Shown in pieces: positions 26,255-40,059 of a stretch of 64,000 nucleotides of DNA; position 1 is the stretch's first letter; the number at the start of each line of letters is the position of its first letter. Position numbers and translations under genes: made by a program. The stretch is from contig CDPCPM010000367.1 of assembly GCA_976551045.1 (NCBI GenBank), positions 744,001 through 808,000 on the forward strand. The letters are read 5' to 3'. The notes below the pieces were generated by a model, which was not told where the DNA came from, made no database searches, and was given only the letters and a program-made list of their open reading frames with translations. Origin of the DNA: Glaucostegus cemiculus. Its lineage: Eukaryota.

Positions 26255-26580
26255 GAGTCAACAGTATCAACTCATTTCAGCGCTATCAAATGACACTTAC
26301 TAACCCACTCACTGTGTACTTTGGAAACTGTACCCAAGTCCCACATGGATACATTCAGACACATTTATTCTGTGCTCAAATTAGTGTTTTGTGTAAAACT
26401 ACCCGGGTGTCTTTTGAAAGGCTTGGGATAAATTTGTTGACCTTTTCAATTTATGGACTAGAGTTGCTGAATTTCAATTGTACTGGCTACTTCCTTGATA
26501 TTTGCTGGCTGGATTGCTTCCCAAAAGCCTAATCACATTCACTGAGGTCTTTTGCATCTTGTAGCTTGGAAACTAAAAAA

Positions 26581-26700
26581 ACACTGCAGATGCTGGAAAT
26601 CAAGTTCTTTCAGGATCACAAAGCTGCTCAAGTCTTCTACCTGAAAAGTTAACTGTTTTTCCCTTTACCTGACCTGCCAGGTATTTTCAGCATTTACTCT
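26581..26700. mobile_element. Short Penelope-terminus-derived element with self-complementary ends
   Basis: tgcagatgctggaaat ... acctgaaaagttaactgtt ... cctgacctgccaggtattttcagcatt. Confidence 0.6.
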
Positions 26701-26969
26701 TTGTTTTGTATTAATTTGAGCATAATAGCTTCTCCAATTTGCAAGCTCTTACACTGTAATAATTTGTATTGTAAATTCAATGAAACAAAACTGTACATGT
26801 AAAGTGCACCGCAGCAAGATTCACAAAAATGAAATTAATCTGGAATTTAATGTGCAATTAATACAACAATAGCTTTCTGCAATTCCAGCCATATTCAATC
26901 AGCAGTAAACATTTCATATTAAGTAGACCATAAATAACGACCTTAAATTCAAGATATGAATTGTAATAC

Positions 26970-27050
26970 CTTCATATCCGTCTCCCTTGGAATGTGATCC
27001 TTGAAATCTTCAACTGAACTCACAAGAAAGGGAATGTGGCAGGACAGAAC
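26970..27050 (-). CDS. NCKAP1: NCKAP1 coding exon (~exon 26, 81 nt)
   Basis: [27 protein letters not shown]; acceptor TTCTTTCAG, donor AAG|GTATTA. Confidence 0.96.
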
Positions 27051-29073
27051 CTGAAAGAAATACCCAACATATTAGGCGTAATAGATTTTGAAGTTCTGAT
27101 TCAGGGCAATGAGACAAGAGAGGGGTAGAATGAGCAAGTCTGGCAGCATGGAATAAGAGATGCTGCAGTCTAAAGAGCATGGAGTGGCTTAGAAAATAAA
27201 ATCACTCTCAACATTTTGAAGTTTAGCATTGTTCCAGAATTTCTTGTCCCAGGATCTTGGCAGCAACACACAAAAGCCCCCAGTCCAGTACCTTTGATTC
27301 GGAGGTGATTTGATCAGTGGCAGCAGGGCACAATAAATGCTTTTAGGTTGCTAATACTGTAAAATGTCAGCAAAAGTGGCAACAACTAACTGGGCAAGAA
27401 GTCTGATGATTGTAGGTAGTAAACATGAAGTAATGGTGCTTGCAGTTCTAAAGCTCATGAAGATCACATATGAGTCACGGAAACAAAAGCAGAGGCAAGA
27501 GAAAGAAATTAGATGGCAGGCAAGAGCAAGGCTAAGTCCCGCAGTAAAAGCACTGTAGACAGGAATACAGGATGTAATCATCCATATTCCATATTGAGAG
27601 AATGTATGTGCCTTGATATATTTTAATTATCTCATTTGATTTCTTAATAATAACAACAGCTAAGAATATTTTCCAAAATATACTTTGGCAGTGTTCACTG
27701 GCTGCCCTACAGCTCTCCCCGATAGTCATTTTGTAGCCTAACTGTTCCTTGAATGGAAATTTTCATTCAATCCTGTCCCTTGTTCACCTATCTGGTCAGT
27801 CATAATTTGCTGTGCTTTTCAAAAATATTTAACTTTATCAAATGCAGTTATAAAACTTTTTAAGTGTATAGATTAGAGGGCGAGAACAAAGTTATTTGGC
27901 CCCTTTTGTTTGCCATTTAACCAGATCTGCACCTCAAAATAATGAGAGAGAGAATAGGCTACAGGGATTTGAGCAGGATTGCACAAGAGCTGATGCAGAC
28001 ATGAGCAACTGCCTTTAATTCACATACTCCAATACACCTGCAAAATTTATTATTCTTGCATTTATTAGACTGAAATATTTGTTAGCCCAGGTCTTGAAAT
28101 TGTTAATTGACCCAGCAGTGTCTTTTGGATGACAGAATTCCATATTTGTGCTACCTTTTCTATGACAATTCTTCCCAATTTCACTTTTCAATGTCAGAGC
28201 TTCAACTTTAAGATTAAGACCCAAAATTATGGATTCCTCCACCGCAAAAAATTGCTTCCACTGTACCAAATCCACTAAATTAAAATACCTCAATTGCACC
28301 CACCCCTCAACGTCCAAAGGCACAGGCATAAAGTGCATTGACAACGCAAACACTCCTTAAAGTAGTCCTTGAAGTCCAGGCTATCAGTAGACTAAATCTG
28401 TTCTGTATTCCCCGAGTCAATATATCATTGCAGACTTTGCAAACCCACTTCTTTGGTCAAGCTTTTAGCCTTTTGTCTTTGCAGCAACTCTGGTTCATTA
28501 TTAAGCCTCTTTTGGCATTTTGGAATATTTCAGTACATTAAAGGTGATACATAAAGCTGATGTTATTGTTGCTAACACTTCAGAGGGATTCTGTAGAATA
28601 TTGAAAGCCATTACACAAATGAAAGCAGATTTTGTCATGAATACCTTCTTCAAAGAAAAATTCAACATTAGCTAAATAACTTAATGCCACAAATATAAAT
28701 CAACAATTTGATTAGCTTATACTTATTTGAATATATAGTTCCTTTCTCCATCATGCACTTCCTGAACTTCCACAATTGACAAACTGACAAGCCTTCAGTT
28801 TCATTTCTTTTTCTATTCCACCTTAAATAATGGAGCCACATCTTAGAGGAAGTTAAAATGTTTGTTATATTCTGCCCAATTTAAATTACTAACTTTTTTT
28901 TTGTCTCGGGAGTCCTTTTAATTCACTACTTCCCTTTAAACATTTTCACAAAATTATTTCCTCTTCCAGTGACACCGATACTATTTCTAAGAATGTTATA
29001 TAGCATTTGGCAATTTGACCACTAAGACATTCAAAGATATTCACATGACGTATATAACTCCATCAGTACTTAC

Positions 29074-29156
29074 ATCTCTAAGTGCTTCCTGTGCCAGTGA
29101 ACGGAATGATAAGATAACACCAATTATTGTCATCCTCTTCAAAACGCTGTCAACCG
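29074..29156 (-). CDS. NCKAP1: NCKAP1 coding exon (~exon 25, 83 nt)
   Basis: (S)[27 protein letters not shown]; acceptor ATCCAG, donor GAT|GTAAGT. Confidence 0.96.
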
Positions 29157-29479
29157 CTGGATTATAGGATACAGGAGGAGGAATGAGTAGCATCTAGATT
29201 TTTTGAGACTTAATAATGTGTCAAACATACAATACACTTCAGAAATATATCTAAGTTCCACTGAACAATTTTCAGTTTCAGACTGAGCAATTACGCAGTA
29301 ATTAACTGAATAATTTGTATGAAATAAATCTCTGTAAACATAATCCAATTTCTTAGAAGCTTCAGAAACACTAATGTAAAATATGGGGAGTTCCAATTTT
29401 TAAATAATCAGACTAAATTATTTTTGAAACTAGTAATAAAATATAGTAAGAATGTCCTTTTTTTTTAAATTTACAAAAC

Positions 29480-30482
29480 ATGGGTAAAGGATGGCTACAT
29501 TTGATGGCACTTCAGTAAAGATAATAGAGTGAAGGCTTCAGGAGTCCACTGTGGGATATTCCAGTAAATGGAGCTCATGCCTCAGCTTTTCATAATCTAT
29601 ATCAACAATTTGGCTGAGGGTACCAAATGTCACATTAACAAGTTTGCTGATATTGAGTGGTATGATTGGGTGGTATTGAGGGTATGGAAGAGGATGCCAA
29701 GAGGCTTCAAGGATATACATCCAAGCTGAGCGAGTTGGCAACCACATGGCAGATTGAATACAAATCTGAAAAATGTGGTCATTCATTCTGGTGCACATAA
29801 CAGAAAAATGAAGCGTTAGTTAACTGGTGAGGGAATCAGTAGTGGGCCTGGTTCACTTGCACACAAGTTGCAGCAGACCAACATGTAGATGCAAGCAATT
29901 AAGAGGGTAAATGTCATTAGCCATTATTGTAAAAGTATTTGAAGACAGGAGTAAGGAAGTCATATTGCAATTGCATGGGGCCTTGGGAAGAACACATCTG
30001 GAATAATGCACAGAGTTTTGGTCTCATTATAAAAGAGAAGTACTTGCTACAAAGGAAGTGCAGAAAGGTTCATTGCACTCGTTACAGGAACGCCAGGCTT
30101 GCCACACGAGCCGGCATAGCCTACAGTAATATTCTCTACAGTTTAGAAAACTGAGATAAGACCTTACCAAAATATACTGAATTCTTAAAGGGCTCTATGG
30201 ACAAGATGCCACCAGAGTGTCTTCCCTAGTTGAGGACCTTAGGACTACAGGACATAGTTTCAGTAGTAGGCCATTTACTTACAGGGTATGGAACTTTGGA
30301 ATTCTGTAACATGGAGGACTGTGGATGTTCATGGTGTTCATTCAAAACACAGATTGATTTCATTAATACCCTGAAATCTATCAAAGGATTATGGGGACTT
30401 TGTTGAAAAACATCACTGAGGTAGAAGATCAGCCATGATCTTAAGGGGGGAAAAGCAGGCTCAAAGAGTCAGAATGCCTATT
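29480..30482 (+). mobile_element. Old CR1 LINE 3' portion
   Basis: atctatatcaacaatttgg (IYINNL), aagtttgctgat (KFAD), and tail gtagaagatcagccatgatctt...gcaggctcaaag. Confidence 0.75.
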
Positions 30483-31816
30483 TCTTAAATGATAGGTGGG
30501 GCTAATGTGATTTACCTAGTCTCCTTTTGCACTTCAACAGTTTATCCTCCCACTCATTTCTCTGTGTATTGAGAAACATTTTATTTCAGATTTAAAAATC
30601 TGTTTACAGCAAATTGAAAGAAAAAAAAAATCAGACCTGTATTACTTTTTCCAACAGATGGGAAATCAGGAGTCATGAGTACTGCAGGATTAGAAAGGAT
30701 TTCCTCACTGTTAAAAGTTCCTTAGGCCGATGTGTATTCCTTTCACATTAGGACATTTAATGAATCTTTGCAAAAGTTTAAACCATCTAGCATAGGACTT
30801 GAGAGCAAAAGCATGTTTTTAAAGCCAAAATTTAAAACAATGTCCAAGTACATATTGAACAAAAGGTCTTAAATTGACCTTGGTCTGTTTTGAGTTAGCT
30901 GATAACCTGTCTCAAACAGCTGTCTGTCTCCACGAATGTTTACTGTGGAATGTCGCTGTACACTTGAGTTCAGTTACAAAGTCAGTTGGGACAAGATTAA
31001 GGTTCTGGCGCCTATCAAGATTTGTTTTTATGCTCATCACCACAACATTACATCAAATAGCCTCTGAACACCACTGATGACTCAAAAATGAATTTCATTA
31101 ATTCCTTTCCAGCCTGGATGGAACTACAAAAGGGAAAACTATGAAAGATTTTCTGATCTTTAGACAAAAGAGATAAAACCATATCGCCTTTCCCTCGGGT
31201 GCTGCTCAGCACTTTTAAAACTTATGAAACAAACCACTGTTTCAAAGCTGCCAAGTTTAGTTTGGGAAAAATAAAAATGGAGAAGAACTGGTGGCTGTCA
31301 ACACAAAAAAAGGCAGATCAAATGCAACTCACTGAATTTATGAAATCTGAAATCACTGCAGTACTGAACAACACTGTTGACCAGTGAATTAACTGGAGTA
31401 CAAAATCAAACACTTCTCACTAATGTAAAATCACTGGGATCTTGCTTTCCTGGCCTAACACACTAAAAAATAGTGTTTGTAAATGAAAGCTAAAAGACTT
31501 ATCAAATTATTATTCTGCCCTTACTAGGGAGAGAGTTGGGGGAGGGGTGGTGGTGGGAAGGGAGGGAGGGTTAGGCAGAGTTCTCACTTCCTTCACCCAT
31601 CTCCCAAGGAAAAAAATTATACACGTCTTTAAGTTACGACCATGTGTAAAATTAACAGGTCATTTTATTGGATATTCATATGATTGTATGCAAGTTGAGG
31701 ATAGAATGTGTAATGGAATTATAATTCTGGAACTGGGAGGCCATGTCAACACAGATTGGAAAATCATTACATTGTCTGCCCGGTTTCTGTAATTGGAGAA
31801 CATATTCGATACCCAC

Positions 31817-31910
31817 ATGTTAATCTTTTGAAGAGTGCTGCCATCTGGTCTGGCTTGTCAAAGCTGGTCCTCATTTGTGTAAGCACATCAACATTCTCCA
31901 CTACCAGTTT
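31817..31910 (-). CDS. NCKAP1: NCKAP1 coding exon (~exon 24, 94 nt)
   Basis: [31 protein letters not shown](S); acceptor TTTTGTAG, weak donor T|GTGGGT; the phase matches the next exon. Confidence 0.95.
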
Positions 31911-33984
31911 CTACAAAAGAAAGAATATTCAATATTAGGCAGTCAGATAACCAAAATCAAACAGATATTTCAATCTGGCAAAAGGAAATTAGCTTTATAA
32001 GCTCCAGATGGTTCCACAGTCTACAGTTCCCAAAGAGATTAAGTGTCTACAGATCATGTGTGGTTTGACTTCCGAAAACAAAACATTTGTGATATTTTGC
32101 TGTTTTCCATTTTCCCTCTTTCAATTCATAGGGAAATATGGTGAAATTGGACAGGCCATTTTCTTCAATTTTCTCCCTTTCTTTTCTCTCCTCCTGAACT
32201 CTTCATCCTGCAACAGAATAAATAATTGCTCCGACTCTTCTCAAGGCAAAGCTAAGATGCAGATGATGCCCTTGAACAGACATTCATTAAATGAGCTCTA
32301 TATAAAACTAAAGATTTGCTTTTATAAAGGGACTAAGTTATTCTAAGTACACTGCATTACCACTGATATCTGCAATGCATTGACAAAACCATATTTTTTA
32401 ATTTTGTCAAATATCTCCTACATATATTTAAGTACAATCAGCTACATCCTTTATTAACATTATCAAAGTGTTTATGTCTAAGCTGAGAAAGCATGTGTCA
32501 TTGGGCAATTTGGCTGTGGTGATCATCTTAATACATTATTTTAGCTTGTGTCTAAATGGGCACATTTTTTGCAGAAGGGAAAAATATCGAAGTTCTGTCA
32601 TATGGTAATATATTTGGGAATTTGCAAGTATTTTTCCTCCACATATGTTCAAGAGGGCTAATTCAAACCTCAATAAGTAATCCGTTAAGGGAACTTCTAT
32701 GGAGTTCAGTACCACATCACAAAGTGAATTCCAGGGCAGGAAAATCCAACAAAGTACTCTTGGCTTTTACATTGGTACTACTTTTGGAAATAGTAATTTT
32801 AAACAGTTACTTTATGCAACCACCAGTTTGGGTCTCCTCAATATTACCGTGACATAATTCTAGTGGATGCTATAGGAGCCACAAATAAAGATAGTTTTTC
32901 TTGCTGATTAAAGAATAAGAACACACACTCTTAAGACTTTCCTTCTCTTTGGCTACTGCATCAGATAAGCAAGCCCAAGTTACAATTTTCCAGAAGAACA
33001 TTAGACTGCAACTTTATGATGTTTTGCATAATCCTCAAATTATCTGGCAGAAAGCACTAAATTAATAGCATTTCACCATAGAATGCAGAAGCACTAAAAT
33101 GGGAAAAAAAACCAGGAAGGAATTGACCAACTTTAGATGATTTACTCTAAGTCACACATTCTTCCCTTGCAATCCCCTCCTCCACAAAGAAATAAATTAC
33201 TTTCACATGAAGGTAAAAGGTTAAATGGCCTTTTGGATGTAAGGGATACCAAATGCCAATATTGTTTTCACACAATAATAAACTCCCTCAAGTTAACTGC
33301 AAATGAAAAATAATTTGATTTCAGAGAGAGAGATCATATTTCTTATATTCATTTAAAAGTTTCATCTGCAGGCTATTTTCAAATAAGCTCATGTTTCTGT
33401 ATATTCTCAGTTTATAAATACAGGATGTAGTAATTTGCAGACCTTGCTGGTACTAATGTAATACAAGAAAAATAAATACACCAATTCAATTGATATACTA
33501 ATGGCTGCAAAGCTTTCAGTCAGATTTCTGTTTGCTGAAATTGTGCAGAGTTTTGAATTAGACATTGATTTATATGTTTTCCTCAGCAGCAGGAAAATAC
33601 AGTAGCATGCAACAAATCCCACTTGTGCAGTTGAAGAATAAAAGACATGAATTTCATCAAGATTTTGCTAAGTGTCTATTTGTATTTATGCTTGTTTTCA
33701 GGAACGGAGAATGCAATCCCAATGCTACATTTGCAAATTCCAAAGCAATACAGCTAATATTCCTATCAATAGTAAAATTCACATCCTCCTTCATCCGAAG
33801 TACTTAACAGGGTATCCAGAGCTAAACAAGCACAAGGAGCACCCTTTGCTAACTTCCCCCTAATCGAGATAGGTTTAGCCGACTCCTCTGCCCGCCTCCG
33901 GGCAGGGCCCCCGACACTGAGCTTCTGCTGCTCTTCCCCTGCTGCCAATCACATCATAACCAATGTTCACTTCTGATCTCGCGT

Positions 33985-34207
33985 TCCACCCCATACACCT
34001 CCCTGGCATCACTCCCCATCTCCTTCTTTGCTATATTGATGACTGCATTGGTGCCACCTCCTACACACTTACAGGACTCTCTAACTTCATCAACTTCGCC
34101 ACTAACATCCACCCTGTCCAATTTACTTGGACAATTTTTGACATCTCTCTCCCCTTCCTCGATCTGTCTCCTTATTGACATTTACTACAAACCCACAGCC
34201 TCCCACA
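33985..34207 (+). mobile_element. Penelope-like element RT fragment
   Basis: ORF 33963..34178 LLCYIDDCIGA...FINFATNIHP..FTWTI.DISLPFLDLS, then DIYYKPTASH. Confidence 0.85.
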
Positions 34208-37200
34208 ACTCTTCCAAATTCAACTTTTCAGCACTCTTTGGTCCACAGACTTCATGCCGATCTATTTAATTGGTTGAAGCTGTTGCCCAGGACAAATCAC
34301 AAGGAGGTGGGGCCAAAGGGCTATAAAGGTTTAGTTCACCATATCTGTAACCACAGTAGCACTCAGTGCCGAGACCAATACGCCCCAACATTCTATTCTG
34401 TAGCCTTTCCAAATGATACTGATTAATTCGCTCCAGCCTGGGAACTGGCTTTGTTGGCCTGTGGTTCAGACAATGACTCACTTTAAAAAGGTTAAGATAC
34501 ACAATTGCCGACGTGGAGGAATTCTCAAAGTACACAAGTTTCTATTGCATAGTAACATGAATAAGTGATCAATACAAGATGTACATTTTTTTTAATATAC
34601 GAATCACATAGCTGAATTCACTATTTTTTGGGAATTTCCCCAAGATATATCCAGCTTCTCACAACTAGTTCATTTCTCTGATTATTCCAATTGTAACTAC
34701 TTCATGTCTTGGATAAAACTATTGATTGTCAATTTTCATAGATAAATGAACACCAACCAAAATCCTGAAACACAGAAGAATTTGTTAACTCAACTTTATT
34801 TAGTGGCACTGGTCATAAGACTTTGTGGGTCTGGTTTTCATTTGATTTTGGGGTTGTGCCAATTTTGTGGAAGCAGTCTGTTTTTTACTTTGGTATGCAT
34901 ACATCAGAAGCATTGCACCTTTTTCTTTCTATATGCTGACCATAAACTTAAAGCAATTGGTTCTCTCTCACTGACACAGTATATTGAACCATTCAACCAT
35001 TTCTAAAAGCTGACTTCTTTCTCCAGTCTTCCAACCAATGCACTGGTAGTATTAGCCCACTCAACACTCTTGTTGTCTTTGGCTCGCTGTAATCAGCATC
35101 GAGTATGATCAACTAATAGTTGTAAAATACCTTACAGTTAGTCTGTTGAAAGCATAACAGTATCTTTTTCCTCTCAAATTTTATATTTATATCAGTATTT
35201 GTGCCTAGTTTAATCCTTTCTATCCCGCAGCTACTTGTTACGATTTCAAAATTCCAAAGAGTATAAAAAAATAAATCTGCAGTTGTTTCACATTAAGATC
35301 ACAATCTCATGGAATTACTTTCACAAAGTAAGCTTTTAAAAACTTGGTATGGACGTTACCAAATGTTAAAATATCACTAGGTAGATTATTCAATTAAATA
35401 TTCAAGATGCTAGGAATGATCTGATAGCTCAACATTAATTCACTAAAGAACAACAAATGTTTTTTGTAATCTGATGTTGATAGTATGTTTATCTGGTATT
35501 AACTGCCTGCTGCATTACTTAGCAATGGAAATAATACTTAATTATGATCCTACAATTCATTTTGTTGTACAAGTACAAATTAGTTCAACATGAAATTATT
35601 TATACAAAAATCTATTTGGAGCATGGAAGGAGAAAGACCTTGAGCTATTATCAGGGACCCATTGATAGAGATCAATTTCTGAAACCAGGTACTAGCCTGT
35701 CCATTTTTTGAACAATGATAGGACGAAATGAAAATGAAAAGCAAACTTCAGGATTAACTTTTCAACATAACATTCTTTCCAAGTTTGTATCACTCTGTCT
35801 AAAATTTTAGGAAATGCCAGTAAAGTGAGAAATAGCTAAGATTCCTAAGGAAACCATACAAGTAGTCAACATTTAATAAATAGTCTTGATCCAGAAGCAG
35901 CCATTTGGGATATTGCAATATTTAAAGTTAAACTTGGGAGTCATATTAATAGTGCCTAGGGCACTACTCACAATTAAATGATAAGGTCAAATTCTTTGTA
36001 CAAGATGGCATCAACACTCTGTACAAACCTCCAAGGGGCCAAATCCAACAATTATTAGAGTTAACAAATCTATTTATAAGTGGTAAATGTTATCCATAAA
36101 GCACAACCACAATTTGTGACAACAGGATAAAATATTTGAGGGAAGTGCAACATTCCAACAACATATTAATCAAACATCCATGTTGCTGCATACAGAATGT
36201 CAATACTCTGTCAACATGTACTTGATGGTTGCTGTAGATTTGGCAGGCCAAAGGGCCCTTGTCTGTGCAGTATCTATGACCCTTCAGATGAAGTAATGTC
36301 CCAGCCCAAAGGGAGTAGACATAATTTGATCTCCATTTTAAAAGATACATTGCTTGCATTTATGAATATTTTACACAAATACCACAACATATGGAATTCT
36401 GAATGCACAAACATTAGAGCACTGGAGTGCAATTTAAGATAAGCTCAGACTTTCACAATAACATAACTTTATATTATCAGTTTCTACTATGATGTAGATG
36501 TAGGAATTTAGAATGGAAAAATTACAAATGTAACAGGAAACACATTCAGATACTGAATTTTTATATAAGTAGACAAGTACTTGGCTCCATCTGCTTCATT
36601 CTTGTGTAAATCAGATAACTACAAAAAAAGACAGCAACACGGGAACTCTGGTGATGCAACCAAATTCCACAGGCACAAAAAACAGTCATGTCCAAAGGGC
36701 AAGAAGCAAAAGAGGCATGTAAAAGAAATAATGAAATATATTTAAAAATTTAAGGAAGTTCAGCAAGAGAGCTGTACTTTAAATGTTTCTTGAGGGGAGT
36801 GTCCTATATTTTATTTAAATCTTATTAAAAGCTTTAATTGCCAATAAAATATTTTAATTCCAATATCTGTACTGATATAGATGTTCTTGACTAAATTTGA
36901 GTGTTTACATTAAAGGGAAAAGCTTATTTTGATTTATGAATTCTCCCTAAATTTAATGGTTTTCTTGGGATGTAACTCTTTTGTAAATCAATGGATATCC
37001 ACAAATAACCCTACTTCTTGTTCTATGAAGAATGGCAGAGCAGCTGAAGATAGCTGGGCTCAAGGAAGCACCTTCAGGAACTCTCTCAGCAATGTCTTGA
37101 AACCAAGTTAATTGGCCAAAAGTAATAACCAACTTCTGATTCAGCCAGGACTCTGGTTGTAATAGAGTTCCTTCCCCCCCCCCAACCCCCCCGCCACAAA

Positions 37201-37605
37201 TTTTATGAAGATCTCTTGGGGCCACATGCATCAAAAGCCATTATATGTCATACAGTCAGTTTCAATTCATTTCTGGAATTCATTCATTGCCAAATATGAA
37301 GCAGAAAATCAGTTCAAATTTGTTGAGCACATTAAATGTAGGAGATTCTCTGGAAACTTACAGGAATTGATGATTACTATATTTAGCAAGTGGCAGGACA
37401 AGAATTCTAAAATTCTAATTATATCTGTATCAAAGTTCAGATTAAGATTTATACAGCATCTGTACTAATTTTTACAAATATGAAGCTAATTCTCCATTGC
37501 ACTAAAAAGTTTCTTGGCTGCAAACATTTTAAAATGGTGTATTTTATCATCTTTAGTCTGCACAAGTAGAAAGCTGATACTGCTGTAATAAAACCACAAT
37601 CTTAC

Positions 37606-37703
37606 CTTGAGTTCAGCCACTTGTGAAGAAATGTGCCACATCAGGCTTTCGCTGAGAAACTTCATTCCATATGGACCCAGAAGTTCTGAAAGAGCCCTCA
37701 TTT
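37606..37703 (-). CDS. NCKAP1: NCKAP1 coding exon (~exon 23, 98 nt)
   Basis: (E)[32 protein letters not shown]; acceptor CCCACAG, donor AAG|GTAAGA. Confidence 0.97.
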
Positions 37704-40059
37704 CTGTGGGAAAATATGCAAGCTATGTCAGTCCATATACCATTCACTAGTACAAGTCTGACATCAAACTAATGATCATTCTGTCAAAGTCTGTCTGCAA
37801 TAATGAAGTTTGAGCATACTAGGGAATGACAGATATATTTAAACTCCAGTAACAATATTTTTACTTCTGGAAAAAGTAAGTAAAACAAATTACTAAAAAC
37901 ATTTTTCAGTAAACAAACAGGAATAGTACTCAAGTAGAAAATCAATGACTCGCTACTGCGTTGTATCAGCCAGGAAATTATCAATGATGATGATTGAAAG
38001 GAGGGAGGACAAAGGGAAGGGCTGGAAAGAGTTTATGTCAGGGATGAGGCCAATAAAAAAATTTGCACTGAAATGAAAATCTTAGACACTGGAGAACCAG
38101 GACCAATATCGGACAACAAGGACAGGATGTTACGTGATTTAGAAACTAGGGTATGGTATGGCAATATTTTGGATGAACTGATGCTTACAGTTTAGAAGAT
38201 GAAAGGAAAGCGTTGGGTGAACAGCAGCAAATTAGTAGCCAAGGGTAATGCTGAATAAATTTTTTTTGGAGGCAAGTAAGCAGTCTTCATTCAAAAAGAG
38301 GGGAAGGCAAAAATGAAGCACAGCTTAACCCTAGGTTAAATACAAAGGAAAATATCTAATGGAAGGGAATTAGGTCAAAGGCAGTGGAGAGGAGTTTCTA
38401 ACAGAGAAATATAGCTCATCTCTAAACATCAAAGTACACCAAAAAACACCCCGAGGCAGGGTTTCATCAACATACAAATTATAAGTGTCTAAAACTTCAT
38501 GTCCTAGGGTAATGTTATTAAACTGCTGCACAGCCATGATAAGCATAAAGATCTTTGGAGGACAAAAACATCTGGAGAAATGCTCCGACCAAGTATACAA
38601 ACAATTAGAACAGATCCACTGAGCTGGGTAAGAAATCTTGGGATGAAGCGATAGTGGCTGAAGGAACATTGTACACTTCTGTCACCTTCAGTAGTCATGG
38701 TATAAACATTATAACTTGTACTTTTTGGGCAACTCTTGGGTTTAAAGCAGTAGCAGAAAGAGAAATTCAAAGAGATTACAAAAAAAGTTAGACAGTAATT
38801 TAAGAGATGACAAATTTAACGATAACTAAGAGGATGGAAAAGCTAAAGATGAACTACAGTTTGAATGTAAGAAAGGCCAAGGATTTCTTTTGGTGGTATC
38901 AAAAACAAACAGGGTAAAATGTATAATCAGCTAAAATGAAGGACCAGAGCAGAAGTTGTACACAGTTCACTGGGAGTAGGAGATGGGATTCACAGGCACA
39001 AAATCATCTCAGGAAAGGCACAGGAAAGAAATTAGCAAAAGTTTAAATATTCAAGGTTAGGATAGGGAGGTATGACAATGGAAGCTAAAGAAATGGCTGA
39101 AAGGATAAATCTGAAGCTTAATAGTAGATAAACCCATGGGTTCCTAATGCAGTTGAGTAGGAGCATAAGCAGCTGTAGGGTACTTCTTTCCTGTAGAAAG
39201 ATAGGGCAATAGAAAATGAGCGGAATAAAAGATTAACAGGAGGCAATGGGAGAGCTTAGGTTAAATAAACTATTTCATTCTTCACTGCAGAAGTGAATAG
39301 TGCTCCCTTCAAAATTTGAACACTATTAAAAAATTAATTCTTGGCCATTTTTTGAAAACAATCTTATTGCATTGAATCAGAGTTAAATTGAGGCCTTAAT
39401 TCTACTAAACCGAAAATATACAATTTGTCTGGCAAACTAAGTTCAGATGTAGTTTTAAGGAACAGAACTTTTAAAATTTTAGATTTGCACATTAGCCAAA
39501 AACTAATTTTATAGGGTTTTTTTGCTTATAAAATAATCCTTGCATACCAAAGAGCTATAACCACTTAACTTTATGACTCAGCTGAGGCAGGAGTGTGCAT
39601 TTAAAGGTTTTGCTCCCGTTGATAATTATTAGGCACTAGTCAGTCCCTTTGGATACAAGTCAGAGATGGTGTGAAAGAAAAATCTGGTCACAATGCTATT
39701 TCATGAATGTTATTTACCAGAAGTATAAACATGGTCTTGATTATGTCTCCAGCGACTGTATGCAGTTACATTCATGATTGGTAATTTAAACGCAGTGGGG
39801 AAACAGACACTTTTTTTAAAAAGAAAAGCCACCAGGCCTGTGCCAGAGAACACTGGCAACCCTCAGCATTTTTGGAACAAAGTGTTTACGGACAAATCGT
39901 TTCCAGTCAGTTGAACAGTTTATTTATGAAAAGGCGTGTGTCTCATCCAAAAGAAATGATTCTTATATTCTTGCATTATAGTTTAAGACGACAATACATT
40001 TGGGGCCAGCGAATAAATGCTTTTTTTAAAAAAGCATTTTTAATGCAAAAAGCTTAAAG

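Noticed and set aside
31805-31816. GTATC just inside the weak exon-24 donor, resembling a U12 donor
   Set aside because: The sequence is GTATCGAA, not GTATCCTT, and using it would break the frame.
32380-32410. 9-bp inverted repeat ttgacaaaa/ttttgtcaa
   Set aside because: Short and A/T-rich; expected by chance.
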